NCBI RefSeq assembly: GCF_006345805.1
Contig: NC_043025.1
Span: forward strand, 13,082,001-13,146,000
Reading direction: 5' to 3'
DNA: 64,000 bases
DNA from: Octopus sinensis
Taxonomy: Eukaryota
Part shown: positions 13,142-26,110 of the stretch, one piece after another
Layout: every line of letters starts with the position of its first letter
Position numbering within the stretch: position 1 is the first letter of the stretch
Made by a program: the position numbers and the translations under genes
Notes under the pieces: model-generated
What the model was told of the DNA's origin: nothing
What the model saw: only the letters and a program-made list of their open reading frames with translations
The model's database searches: none

Positions 13142-14339
13142 TGTATGTATACACACCTAAGTATGTATACATATCATGTACATAGATATGTATATGTGTG
13201 CACAAAGTGGCTGGTGAGGAGAAAGTGCATTTAAAAGCGGTCAGCTTCCCAATCCCGTTTATTGATTTCAGCAAAACAATGCAGAAATCCCCAGAAGACA
13301 AAGCCATACCACGTTATTGATTATTCGTCAAGCATTAACGAATATTGCATCTTCTGTGCGAACTAATGAGAGACATGGCAACATGACAATAAGAAATATT
13401 GACTGCTGTATGCTTAATGAAGTCACTTCATAAACTGCAGAGTCCTTGATGGGAGGGGAGGGGTTAGAGTGATCACCTGCCCTTCACCAGTCCCTAGCTG
13501 ACACAGGCTGGGGTCGTATATACATTGTGTCCTTGAGCAAGAGACTTCATCTCACGTCGCTATCCATGAGTACTATATTTCTTTATTGCCCACAAGGGGC
13601 TAAACATATAAGGGACAGACAAAGGGATCAACCCTTTAGTGTTTAAACCGGCCAAAATATTCTACCGGCCTGCTAATGATTCTGCCCAGCTCGCTATCCC
13701 TGAGTACCAGTCTAGATCTGGTGTATGGTCTTGTCTCTCTCCAGCTGGAATGTCCATGATTGACGACTGGGTCAAGGGGTGTGAAAGCTGAAAGGGTATA
13801 TATATATATAGGGGTTTTGGTGCCTAAATTTCACAGTTTGTATAAAACAATAATATCCAGCCCAAAAATAAAAGTATTTCCAATAATCATGAGATACCAA
13901 CTATTTCAGTGTTACTTCCCCCCATCTCCACATACACACACTGGGGGCGGTGAAAAGACCTAGGGGACCTTGCAGAAAAGTGGAGCAATAATGGGGTGAC
14001 GAAAAGGAAGCAATGGATGTAAAAACAAACATAATAATTGTTTAATTAGGTTAAGTTTTGTTTGTGAAGTACAGCTGCCTTGAATTTGCTGTGGAGGTGA
14101 GTGAGTGAGGTGGGGGAGCAGTGCAAGGAATGTGGCCTGGATGCCAAGGGAATGGCAGCCGAAATAGTTTGGGAATCAAGGAACTAGATAACAATTTACT
14201 CTAGGGAGCTGCTCTCAGCTTCCACCAAAGCCCTAGAATCTGTTGCACACATATACACATATCACGTGACCGACCAGATGTTGTTACACATCGCTGGTCA
14301 CAATGCATTCACATTATTTTAGCCTTCGAATGATGCCAC

Positions 14340-14522
14340 CCCACTGGCTAAGCGAGCAGGCCAAGAGTGGTGAAAGAGTACAGCAGGGATCACCACCATC
14401 CCCTGCCGGAGCCTTGTGGAGCTTTTAGGTGTTTTTGCTCAATAAACACTCACAACGCCTGGTCTGGGAATCGAAACCGTGATCCTACGACCGCTGCCCT
14501 AACCACTGGGCCATTGCGCCTC
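14340..14522 (-). mobile_element. SINE family 2 head fragment
   Basis: Reverse complement of GGAGGCGCAATGGCCCAGTGGTTAGGGCAGCGG...TTTCGATTCCCAGACC. Confidence 0.85.
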
Positions 14523-15192
14523 CACACACACACATATATATATATACACGACGGGCTTCTTTCAGTTTTCGTCTACCAAATCCATTCACAAGGCTATAGT
14601 AGAAGACACTTGTCCATGGTGCCATGCAGTGGGACTGAACCCAGAACCATGTGGTTGGTAAGCAAGCTACTTACCACACAGCCACTCCTGAGCAAAAGGT
14701 TGTGTTGTTGATAGGGGACACACAGACAACCGGAGAAGAATTTCAGGAGGGTGACAAGACTACACACCACTACTAGACTGCTTGAGGACACAATGAATAT
14801 ACAAAACCCCAAATCCAACCTGCATCAACTAGGTGGTGGTGATGGCAGTTGGGGGTCCCTTGCATCCCCAGGAACCCTGCAGATTATGAAGTGACTTTGT
14901 GAACCACACAGCAGTCATATTATCCTGTTACCATTCTCTCTCGTTACTTCATTCAGGAGATGGAATATTCATTAACTCTTCAGGAATAATTAATAACAAT
15001 GTATGGTGATGTCTCCTGATGTTTGTCTTCTGGGGATCTCTCCATTGTCGTTCTGGAATCAATAAACAGAATGGAAAAGCAGACCACTTTTATATACACT
15101 TCCTCCTCACCAGCCACATATATACTTATACATAATTAATACATGTGTACACACACACATATATGTATTTGCATACATGCATGCATATATAT

Positions 15193-15560
15193 AGGCATAG
15201 GAGTGGCTGTGTGGTAAGTAGCTTGCTTACCAACCACATAGTTCCAGGTTCAGTCCCACTGCGTGGCACCTAAGGCAAGTGTCTTCTACTATAGTCTCGG
15301 GCCAACCAAAACCTTGTGAGTGGATTTGGTAGAGGGAAACTGAAAGAAGCTCGTCGTATATATATATGTATGTGTGTGTGTGTGTTTGTTCCCCTAGCAT
15401 CGCTTGACAACCGATGCTGGTGTGTTTGCGTCCCCGTAACTGAGTAGTTCGGCAAAAAAAAAAATGATAGAATAAGTACTAGGCTTACGAAGAATAAGTC
15501 CTGGGGTCGATTTGCTCAACTGAAGGCGGTGCCCCAGTCAAATGACTGAAACAAGTAAAA
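15193..15560 (+). mobile_element. SINE family 1, full length
   Basis: Family match. Partial copies lie at 14548-14689 (-) and 15983-16218 (+). Confidence 0.88.
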
Positions 15561-16578
15561 GATATACACACACACACACATACATACATGTATATATACA
15601 CTCATGAGCTTTAACAAGTAATAGGACCCATATATGTAATGCAATAGCATCCTGTTTGTGTTCATGTCTACACGTGTATATACACATGTATTACAAACAT
15701 GTGTATATGCATTCACACATATATATATATGCATGCATAAATGTATACATACATATATACACACATATGTAATTTCATATATATATACATAATTTTAAAA
15801 ATTGGATAAAATCCTTATAAGAATTTATCAAGTAGTTATATACATACATACATATGTAATATATACACCACTGTTTTTTGATGTTTCAGTTTTCATAAGA
15901 GTCTTGTTTCTAGGTTAAGGATTGGTTTTTTCCCACATATGCAAGAATTTTGTAAAATAAAACCCACACACATACATGTGCAGGCGTGGCTATGAGGTAA
16001 GAAGCTTGCTTACCAACCACGTGGTTCCAGGTTCAGTCCCACTACGTATCACCTTGTCTTCTACTAAAGCCTCGGGCCAACCAAAGCCATGTGAGTGGAT
16101 TTGGTAGACGGAAACTGAAAAGAAGCCCTTCATATATATAAATGTAAATATCTGTCTGTCTGTCCCTTCAGCATCATTTGACAACTGATATTGGTGTGTT
16201 TATGTCCCTGTAACTCAGGGACATACATACAAGACCTGTAGGAGAGCCCCTACATCAGTGGTTCCCAACTATTTTCTGGCTGCCGCCCTCTTGGCACCTG
16301 GGCCACCTCACCCCAACTAACCATCGCAAACACAGACCCCTTTCTGAAGCAACTACATTTCACTAATAAACTTAACGAACCCATTACTTTGTTGTTTTTA
16401 CATCAAGTGCCCCTTTTGGCCACCCCACTTTTCTTCAACGTCCCCTTGGAACTTTCCACCGCTCTCAGAGGGGTGGTACCACCCACTGCTCTACATGGTT
16501 GCCTGCTAGAGATAGCAACTAGCTCTACCTCAAACACAACATTATTCTCTTCAAAACGTAAAGACACATTAATTATTG

Positions 16579-16857
16579 TAGTCCTAGACACACTATGTCT
16601 GAATAAAAGACAGGATGGTCACAGCTGGAACATCTTTGATCATAGGTCTGCTGGATCAGGACTGACCTGGGGATAAACAACAAGGAAGGACACATTAGAT
16701 AATGTAGTCCTAGATACACTATGCCTGAATCAAAGACAGGATGGTCACAGCTGGAACATTTTTGATCATAGGTCTGCTGGATCAGGACTGACTTGGGGCT
16801 AAACAACAGAAAGAAGGAAGGACACATTAGATAATGTAGTCCTAGATACACTATGTC
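16579..16857. repeat. Tandem duplication of a 123-130 bp unit (about 2.2 copies)
   Basis: TAGTCCTAGA(C/T)ACACTATG recurs at about 16579, 16704 and 16837 with near-identical sequence between. Confidence 0.85.
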
Positions 16858-17269
16858 AATATAATAATAGGCATAGATGCTTAACCTAATTATTCTAGAA
16901 AACAATTAAACCGGCCAGCCAGCTTGGAAAATTACTTTGTGTCACCCTCTGCTTGAAAATCACACAGTAAAATGAAGACTAGCATTCCTTAATGATGTTA
17001 GTCAAGATAGCTTAATTAATTTACAAAATTCCACCAAAATTAGAGGAGAAAAAATATTTTCTTAATTTGTGTATCTGGGCGTTATAGTTTTTAATTAAGT
17101 AATTTTTCTTTAATTGATATTCTTAACTACAGATAACGTTAGAATAAATACTAAATTTTCTTCCTCCTCACCTAAAACTAACAAACAGTTTTAGTTAACA
17201 CCCACTCTACTGCAGGGGTGGGGGTAGATCCATACACAGAGCCCTTCGACCCTGGACCCAGCAGGTCAT

Positions 17270-17757
17270 TCTGTCAAATTTAATCCTTCTTTATTCACAT
17301 TGTTTGGAATTAATCATGGATTATCTTGCAGATTTGAGATTTCAGTGATGGGATTATTTATAGAATGACATTGTAGGGTAGGTGTGAGAGGCTGGATCTG
17401 GTCCTTCTGAACATAAAACAAGGAGAATATGTCTGGTTTAAATGCTAAAGGGAAATATATCTATGCATGAAGCAATGAGAGAGACCTCTAGATTTTAAAG
17501 ACAGTAACCAAATGCCCCTCAAACCAGACTAGTGTCTTATCTATGTACATTCTTTAGCATACAGATTATTCTGTCCAATATAATCCTTCTTTATTCACAT
17601 TGTTTTGAATTAATCATGGATTATTTCATAGCTTTGAGATTTCACTGATGTGGTTGCTCAGTTTTAGAATGACATTGTAGGGTAGGTGTGAGAGGCTGGA
17701 TCTGACCTGTTTGAATATCCAAAAAGGAGAATATTCGGGTTCAGATTAAATGCTGAA
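17270..17757 (+). mobile_element. Two adjacent diverged copies of a second MITE-like family
   Basis: TAATCCTTCTTTATTCACATTG...GAATGACATTGTAGGGTAGGTGTGAGAGGCTGG...AAATGCT(A/G)AAG occurs twice; related copies near 6935-7143 and 42160-42440. Confidence 0.6.
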
Positions 17758-17939
17758 GTCTTTCCCAGCTTGATCACCCTTTCTCTTCATCTCTATATAT
17801 TCGAAATGAATCACCACCGCCACAGCGGTGTCATATAAAACATGTTTTACATGACACATTTTACCAGTATACGAAATTTGAAAGTGTTTAGTTACAAAAC
17901 AATTATTTTTTAAATCTGTCAGTCAGAAGGTAAAGATCC

Positions 17940-18140
17940 AGCACTGGTGATGGTGCCACATAAAAAACACCGGTGCTGATGCTCAGTAAATTTGTTGGCG
18001 TTAGGAAGGACATCCAGCTGTAGAAGCCAAACCAAAACAGGCTGTGGGACCTGGTGTGGTTCTTGGCCTCACCAGTTCCTGTCAAGCCGTCCAACCCATG
18101 CTAGCGTGGAAAACAGGCGTTAAATGACAACGATGGCGAT
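17940..18140 (+). mobile_element. RTE LINE 3' end
   Basis: Family tail ending CCCATGCTAGCGTGGAAAACAGGCGTTAAATGAC. Confidence 0.75.
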
Positions 18141-19239
18141 GAATGCTTAAGTGTCTTGATGTCTCCAGGGGCCTATAGTGTTACCAGAGGAACTAAACCC
18201 CCAGCTGAGGGGTTGTCAAACAAACTATTTTGCTGTCAAGGGGCTGTGGGAGGACTAAAGAGACACACAGACAGAGTAAGAAAGATAGGGAGGAGAGGGG
18301 AAGTATTTAATATTGTACAGGCGGGTGGGATAGGGGTACTGACCGAGTTAAAGCACCACCATTTCTGTCAAAAAACCACCTCAATTAAGGGAAATATGTG
18401 TGTGTACGTGCATGCATGTGTGTGTAGGAGACACTTGTATGTGTGTACGTGCATGCATGTGTGTGTAGGAGACGCTTGTGTGTGTGTACGTGCATGCATG
18501 TGTGTGTAGGGGGAGAGATGTCGCTTTTGTGAGTTTGCTAAGAAATAATTTTATGCTTCTCAATAATTTGAAAAACAATATGATTCATTCAGATTTTATA
18601 CACACAAACATATATATACACATACATGCATATAATATTCACTTCGAAACGACGAAGTTGGTATGCGACTGCACAGATGTGCTACAGCTCGGTCAGTGGC
18701 CCTCCTCCACTTACACATGTACATAAACATACATATATATATATACGCACATATTTATGTACAGTGTCACGCCTCCCGCCCCATCCATGTACGTCTACAT
18801 GTTCAGACATACATATTTCCTAATTAAATAATCACGAGCCTTTTAGCCAACCGCAAAACGAAATTCTTGTTCTTTTATTTCTTTCTTTCATAGTTTTTAT
18901 TTATGACTCATTCACTCCTAATTTCTATTTGTTTATTCTACACCAGTTAAATATTTATTCAAGTCACTAAGTTTGTTTCCCAAACAGCAGCTAAGCAAAT
19001 CTTTCCATTGTAAATGTTACCGCCAACCGGAACTAAACTCGTAAATTTAATCGCCGCCATAATTTACAATCTCACATTTAGCGAAAACAATGTTAAACCC
19101 TCGTAAATTAGAGACGAGAAGAGGGCAAATGTGAGAGTTAGTGACTGTCTGGAAGTCTCAGTCAAAAGTTATAAAAATAAATACGGTATTTCGCTGACAT
19201 TCGGTGTTTAACATTTGCAAACTTGACTCTAATATTTTC

Positions 19240-19460
19240 AATAGCGGCCATTTTGCTTGTCTTGTTTGTTGGATCTTTTCAGTTTGACCGGTAGTTTTTC
19301 AAAATAAATTCCACGTAACTAAACACTTTTAAACTTTGTATACTGATAGAATATGTTTAAAACATCTTTTTCTCTTGGCTTTATTGAGAAAATTCTATAG
19401 TTTGTAAGATATTTGCTGGTTTTTTCTTCAATTTCAACCAATCAATGACGTCCATTTAGG
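19240..19460 (-). repeat. Unclassified interspersed repeat carrying CCAATCAATGACGT
   Basis: Related copies at about 3655-3860 (+) and 17850-17940 (+). Confidence 0.55.
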
Positions 19461-19996
19461 TAAAAAAAAAAATTCTGTGCCGTATGAATATGTCCCTCGT
19501 TTAAGAAACAGATTGGGTATACACCTAGAAAGTTACCCTTCGAGGCACAAGTCTGGTCAAGGTTGTATATGGAAGACCAGCAGTCGCCATGCATAGCAGC
19601 CTCCTCTCTCCACACCACTGATGTTATCCAAGGGAAAGGCAAAGGGGCCAATACAGCTTGGCACCAGTGACGTCGTTGCAGCTTATTTATTAACATGCAA
19701 TGTGGCTGAGGACTCCACAGACACGTGTACCCTTAACGTAGTTCTCGGGGAGATTCAGTGTGACAATGCTGGCCCCTTGAGATACAGGCACAAGAAGAAT
19801 GAGTGAGAGAATGAGTACAGCAGGGTTTGCCACTACTCCCTGTCGGAGCCTTGTGGAGCTTTCGTTCAATAAACACCAGCCGTAGAAACCATGCCAAATC
19901 AGACTGGAATCAGGTGTGGCTTCCTACCTTGCCAAACCATCCGACCCATGCCAGCATGATCAACAGATGTTAAATAATGAAGATGATATACACACA

Positions 19997-20478
19997 CTCT
20001 TTTACTTGTTTCAGTCATTTGACTGCGGCCATGCTAGAACACCGCCTTTAGTCGAGCAAATCAACCTCAGGACTTATTCTTTGTAAGCCTAGTACTTATT
20101 CTATCGGTCTCTTTTGCTGAACCACTAAGTTACGAGGACGTAAACACAACAGCAACAGTTGTCAAGCAATGCTAGAGGGACAAACACACAAACATATACA
20201 TACAACGGGCTTCTTTCAGTTTCCGTCTACCAAATCCACTCACAAGGCTTTGGTCAGCCGGAGGCTATAGTAGAAGACACTTGCAGTGGGACTGAACCCG
20301 GAGCCATGTGTTTGGTAAACAAGCTATATACCACAGGCTTCTTTCAGTTTTCATCTAGCAAATCCACTCACAAGGCTATAATAGAAGACACTTGCCCAAG
20401 GTGCTACGCAGTGGGACTGATCTCGGAAGCATGTGGTTGGTAAGCAAGCTACTTACCATAGAGCCACTCCTGCGCCTA
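19997..20478 (-). mobile_element. SINE family 1 with a duplicated head region
   Basis: One tail followed by two partly deleted head modules. Confidence 0.8.
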
Positions 20479-20854
20479 TATTTGTAAATAACGAAGAACT
20501 CGTTGAGATTTCTGAGTCATTCCTTAAATCTAATTAGTTGAATCTATCTTTCAAAGAGAGAAACCAGTTCTTTACATCAAAATGGCCAACTTCCTGTTCT
20601 CAAAGAATCTCTGAAGACTAACCGTACAAGAAAACCTGTTTCCCATTAACTGGAGCTTTTTTTTTCCTACTTCAAAGTTAGCAAGTTTTTAAGTGGAATT
20701 CTACTAATTTGATGGGAGACCGAGATTGTGGGCATCGTTGGTTGGTGGCGGTGGGAATTGGTGTTGAAGTTTTAGATGTTGTTTGTGGTGGTGTGTATTT
20801 CCTTTACTGACAACTTGAAGGGAACGTGAAATTCATGTTAGGCCACATCAATAT

Positions 20855-21345
20855 ATACCGTAAATCCTCGAGTATAGTCCACCCCTGAGTATAATACACA
20901 AGGGATTGTACCTCTGAAAAACCTAAACCTTGTGCATAATACGCACCCATTCTGTAATATATTAATCTCTTTTTCTTTTACCATAAATCCTTGAGTACAG
21001 TCCACCCTTAAGTATAATACGCAGGGGATTTTTAGGGGGCTGTACCTCTGAAAAACCTAAACCTTGTGTATAATACGCACCCCTTCTCTAACTTGAGTCG
21101 TGCGTAATTAAGCCAGCAGCACCTAGTCGAACAAACACTTCCGCGCATGCGTAATACAATAATGGTGATGTTCTTAACTGTTATATGGGAATGTAAATAT
21201 GTTTGCAAATTGTTTTTGTTACATGTTATTCTGTGTTCTGAATACTTTTATTTTAATAAATGTTGCTTACTGCAAGTTAGGGGGCTGTACCTCTGAAAAA
21301 CCTAAACCTTGTGTATAATACGCACCCCTTCTCTAACTTGAGTCA
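20855..21345 (+). mobile_element. Cluster of pogo/Tigger-like MITE fragments
   Basis: TACC(G/A)TAAATCCT(C/T)GAGTA termini at about 20857 and 20980; the block CTGTACCTCTGAAAAACCTAAACCTTGTG occurs three times. Confidence 0.55.
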
Positions 21346-21764
21346 AGGAGGTCTATATAACGTCCTTGGTTTGTAAAAATGTATACGGTAACGTCCTTTA
21401 TTATTATTGTATATATAACATAATGCAAACGTGTAGCTTTTTTGTGCATTTTGTTGGCAGAAAATCAAGAAATAACTAAAATCATGGCAAATGGGAATTC
21501 CGGTGTACGTATGTGACGGATTTTATCTTTTATGTATGAGAGGCTCTCTCGCTGCAAATAGCACAGTATTCCCTGTCCTAACAAGGCATCCATGTTTAGC
21601 TGGATATAATGATTACCGTGTGGGATTCGTACTGTTTCCGTTTGTTCATTAATTACAAATTAAATACATTTGTAATAACTTAATGAACCAGAGTCATTAA
21701 GTACGAAATGATATTTGAAAACATATTGAGGAGTAGATATAACTGCATGAACACAAAATAAGTG

Positions 21765-22165
21765 TGAGTGTGCATATATATATATGTGTGTATGTATGTA
21801 TATATATATGTGTGTATATATATATATGTATGTGTGTGTATATATATATATATGTATGTGTGTATATATATATGTATGTGTGTATATATATATGTATGTG
21901 TATTTATATATATATGTATATATATATGTGTGTATATATATATATGTGTGTATATATATATATGTGTGTGTATATATATATGTATGTGTGTATGTATATA
22001 TATATATGTGTATATATATATATATGTATATATATATATGTATGTGTATATATATATATGTATGCATATATGTATATATATATGCACACTTATGTGTGTA
22101 TCAAAATATTCACATTCAAGCCACCTATAATGAGTACACACAAACACATGTATGTATGTCTATAT
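21765..22165. repeat. Compound (TA)/(TG) microsatellite
   Basis: Seen directly. Confidence 0.95.
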
Positions 22166-22370
22166 ATAAATGCCTTCATTAATATCTAATTGCTTCTGAA
22201 AATGTTACTTCCTCTGTCCTTCATCTTTCACTTGACACGCCCAACCACCTCCCTGTACACATTCCTCTCCTTCCATATGTGTGTAAATACATACGTACAT
22301 ACACATATGTATATATAAATTAGAAAAAAACACCTTTTATCAATTCAAAATGAAAAATTAAATTACATTT

Positions 22371-22750
22371 TTCACGCTGAAGCATGGAACAAACTGCCGG
22401 CATCAGTTGTCGGAGCACTGCATCCTTCAAAACTTCCATGCTTCCTGAGATTCGCCAACACTACACCTGATCTTCTCCCCTCCATACACACGCTGAAGCA
22501 TGGAACAAACTGCCGGCATCAGTTGTTAGTTGTCGGAGCACTGCATCCTTCAAAACTTCCATGCTTCCTGAGATTCGTCAACACTACACCTGATCTTCTC
22601 CTCCCCTCCATACACACAAGCAAGCATGTACCTGACTCATACACTGCTCACTTTCCAGACATTTGTACATTACTGCATATGCTTTATACGCACTTTCTGA
22701 CAAGTTGTGGTGCACCTGAGCACTGTATACAATAATTTCACTATATTATA
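22371..22750 (+). mobile_element. CR1-clade LINE 3' end with an internal duplication of about 120 bp
   Basis: EAWNKLPASV...TASFKTSMLPEIRQHYT* motif occurs twice, followed by 3'UTR and an (ATT)-type tail. Other copies at 26200-26375 and 27110-27340. Confidence 0.8.
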
Positions 22751-23199
22751 TAATAGAAATATTAAATACAAGATAAAAATATACCGTTATATTTTTATAA
22801 GATAAAAATAATACTGATGATTAAATAATGTGCAAATTAATTAAATTTCTTAATTGATAAAAGGTGGTTTTTTCTAATTTCTATATATTGTGAAATTTGA
22901 GTTAGTATTTCTAAATTGAATTTTCTCCTGTAAGATTGGAATAATATTCCCTCATATTATTATTATTATATATATACAAAGAATAAGTCATGGGGTCAAT
23001 TTGTGTGAGGGTGGTGCTCCAGCATGGCCACAGTCGAACGACTAAAATAAGTAAAAGGATAAAACAAAGAACATATATCATCGTCATCACTGTTTAACGT
23101 CTGTTGTCCATGCTGGCATGGGTTGGACGGTTCCACTGAAAACTGGTAAGATGGAGGGAGCTGCACTAGGTTCCAATCTAGTTTGGCAGAGTTTCTTAT

Positions 23200-23662
23200 T
23201 TCTCTACTACCCACAAGGGGCTAAATACAGAGGGAACAAACAATTGGATTAAGCCATAAGTGCTTTTTACGTGGCACCAACACGGGACACTCCTCACCAC
23301 CAGGGGAACCAGTCTTAATGCTTCTGCTGTTGAGTATGGGTCTTCTTATTATTGCCCACGAGGGGCTAAACACAGAGGGAACAAAGGGATTAAGTTGATT
23401 ATATCGACCCCGAAAGGATGAAAGGCAGAGTCGACCTTGGCGGAATTTGAACTCAGAATGTAGCAGCAGACGAAATAACGCTAAGCATTCCGCCCAGCGT
23501 TTCTTATTGCCCACAAGGGGCTAAACAAGGACAGACACATGGATTAAGTCGATTATATCAACCCCAGTGCATAACTGGTACTTATTTAATCGACCCTGAA
23601 AGGCAAAGTCGACAGAATACCGCTAAGCATTTCGCCCGGCGTGCTAACGTTTCTGCCAGCCT
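23200..23662 (-). mobile_element. Cluster of SINE family 3 fragments
   Basis: Repeated TTGCCCACAAGGGGCTAAACA tail and GAAAGGATGAAAGGC core. Confidence 0.8.
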
Positions 23663-25094
23663 CGTGAATGAAATTATAAAAGATCAAATTCATATAACAT
23701 TGTCTATGTCCAACCCACAGCTTCCCTTCTATATAAGGCCTTTATGGCCAATATAATGAATAAAGAAGACACTCGCCTAAGGTGCCACATAGTGGGACTG
23801 AACCTGGAACCATGTGGTTGGGAAGCAAGCTTCTTACCACACAACCATACATCCAAAACAATTACAAAGAATATGTAGACAGGACGCCTGAAAATTAATA
23901 TATTGATAGCAGACTTAATTAGAATAATGAACAATGTGTCCCCTCTATATGAACCCTATGAAATGGAAAAAACATACAGAACTTCATACACCACATGCAG
24001 TTCTCTGGATTTGATCAGACAGATAGGGTTCGGGTATAGGGGGGGCTAGAAAGAAATTAGATAACATTATACGTAATGATACCAGTGGTACCTGCCCTAG
24101 ATATAGAAACAAAGAATGGAATAGGATACATATATATATAAATAGTTGAAACACTCCTGTCACAACCTGGGACCTTGAAGACTGCTTAAATGCAAGAATG
24201 TATACTAGTCCCTTAATATTTGATATTCAATAAGACAATCAATACTTCATTTCATTTTACTATATTATTTACACTATATATTCTCAATTAATATTATAAA
24301 GAATATAAATAAAACATTAAAAAACAGAGTTGGAATTCCTTTGAATTAGAGATAAAACCACTATTAGGCAAATCAAACAGTGAAAATCATAAACCAATAC
24401 ATAGAAATATAATTAATTAATAAAAAATATATAAAATACTCTATATCATATATTAAACTTTTAATACTTTTTGATAGTTATATATATTTAAAAAAAAAAA
24501 TAATAATAATAATTTCACCGTTTGATTTGCCTAATAGTGGTTTTTTGTACTATAAAATTAGATTTAATCCTAAATCTAATTTTTCCCTGTAAGTTCGGAT
24601 TTACTCCCTAATATTATTATAATTAATTAATATATTGATTATATATAAGGATATAAACATTCAGCTGAAATTTCTTTCTTTATACATATACATGTATGTA
24701 TACAACAGGAGGGGAAAGCAGTCATCGGATGTGGTTGCAGGGGAATAACTCTAAAAGTTCCAGATTTTGCTAATTAAACCCACGCACCATACATTTGCTG
24801 GTCACTTCAGCTTTTATCGTTACGGTGGTTTTCAATTCATTCGTGACCCCTTCAACGATTCTTTATCCCACGTATGATTAAAAAACTTTGACAAACAAAT
24901 TAAAAACTTGAAATTTCGAAGCAATAAAAATGATATGTGTTAGTGTATACTTACCCAACAAAATGTTCTTTTCACATTGAATTCCGGTAATTTTTAGAAA
25001 ATTTCTTAAAAAAATCATCAACTTTCTCGAATGTTACAAGATAACACAGTAACGAAGTGGGTGGGGCCCTATTGTGTAGTTATGCCTAAATTCA

Positions 25095-25530
25095 TAATAA
25101 TGAAATTATTGTGTAAAGTGCTCAGGTGCCCCACAACTTGTCAAAAGTGCGTATAAAGCATATGCAATGATGTAGAAATGTCTGGGAAGTGAACAGTGTA
25201 TGAGTCAGATAGATGCTTGCTTGTGTGTATGGAGGTGTGTTGTTGGCGAATCTCAGGAAGCATGGAAGTTTTGAAGGATGCAGTGCTCCGACAAATTAAC
25301 AACTGATGCTGGCAGTTTGTTCCATGCTTCAGCAACTCTTAGCATGAAAAATGTTTCCTAAACTCATGGAAGGAGCTGTGCTGTTTTCTGACTTTGTAAA
25401 CATGTCCACGGGTGTTAGACGGGTGGAGTTTGAAAAGGTGCTCAGAGTTATTGTTTGCAAGATGGTTGATAATTTTATGGGTGTCTGCCAAGTCAGCTGC
25501 CAGACGTCGGAGTTTCAATGTGTCCATAGA
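25095..25530 (-). mobile_element. CR1-clade LINE RT C-terminus and 3'UTR
   Basis: LRRLAADLADTHKIINHL...NTRGHVYKVRKQHS...RKHF, CR1-like C-terminal motifs. Confidence 0.8.
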
Positions 25531-25859
25531 AGGTTCCGGGTTCAGTCCCGCTGAGTGGCACCATGAGCAAGTGTTTTCTACTAGTCCAACCCTTCCGAAG
25601 TGGATTCGAAACCCCGTCGTATACGTCCGTGTGTTTTCCACGTGGTTGCTTGTTTACAATACCGGTGTCATTCGCTTAGTGTCCACCATGAAAAGAAGTT
25701 CGGTTTTCATGACAAAGTCATTTTCCTAAGCAAAGGACATTATTCTTTGTTTCTAGCAGAAAACATACCCAGACTGTTAAAGGGTCTTGGAGATTATTTT
25801 AATCATCTCACTTGGAAACAAAGGGGGTTTGGCCCAAAGAAACTCCCCCCACCCAAAAC

Positions 25860-26110
25860 GTATGCTTACTTACATACATAGCCCAGCCGATGTTACCCAC
25901 ACTGAACTATTGAAAAATCTGCAGTTACTCTATCCAGATGACAAGTTCAGGTTCATACCTGTAATTATTGAGGCACTGAGATATGTAACACACTGCCTAA
26001 ATACCAATCTTGAGAAATTTGGCTTCTCAATACCAGAAAGCTGATTCGAAGACTACAGATCCAATCCATCAATGGAACTGTAAAACCTTCTAGAAATTTA
26101 TCATTCAGAT
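25860..26110 (+). mobile_element. C-terminal fragment of an RLE-type (R2/R4/NeSL-like) LINE
   Basis: ELLKNLQLLYPDDKFRFIPVIIEALRYV...LIRRLQIQSINGTVK resembles the 'IPVIIGALG...LQ...GT' end of RLE domains. Confidence 0.55.
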
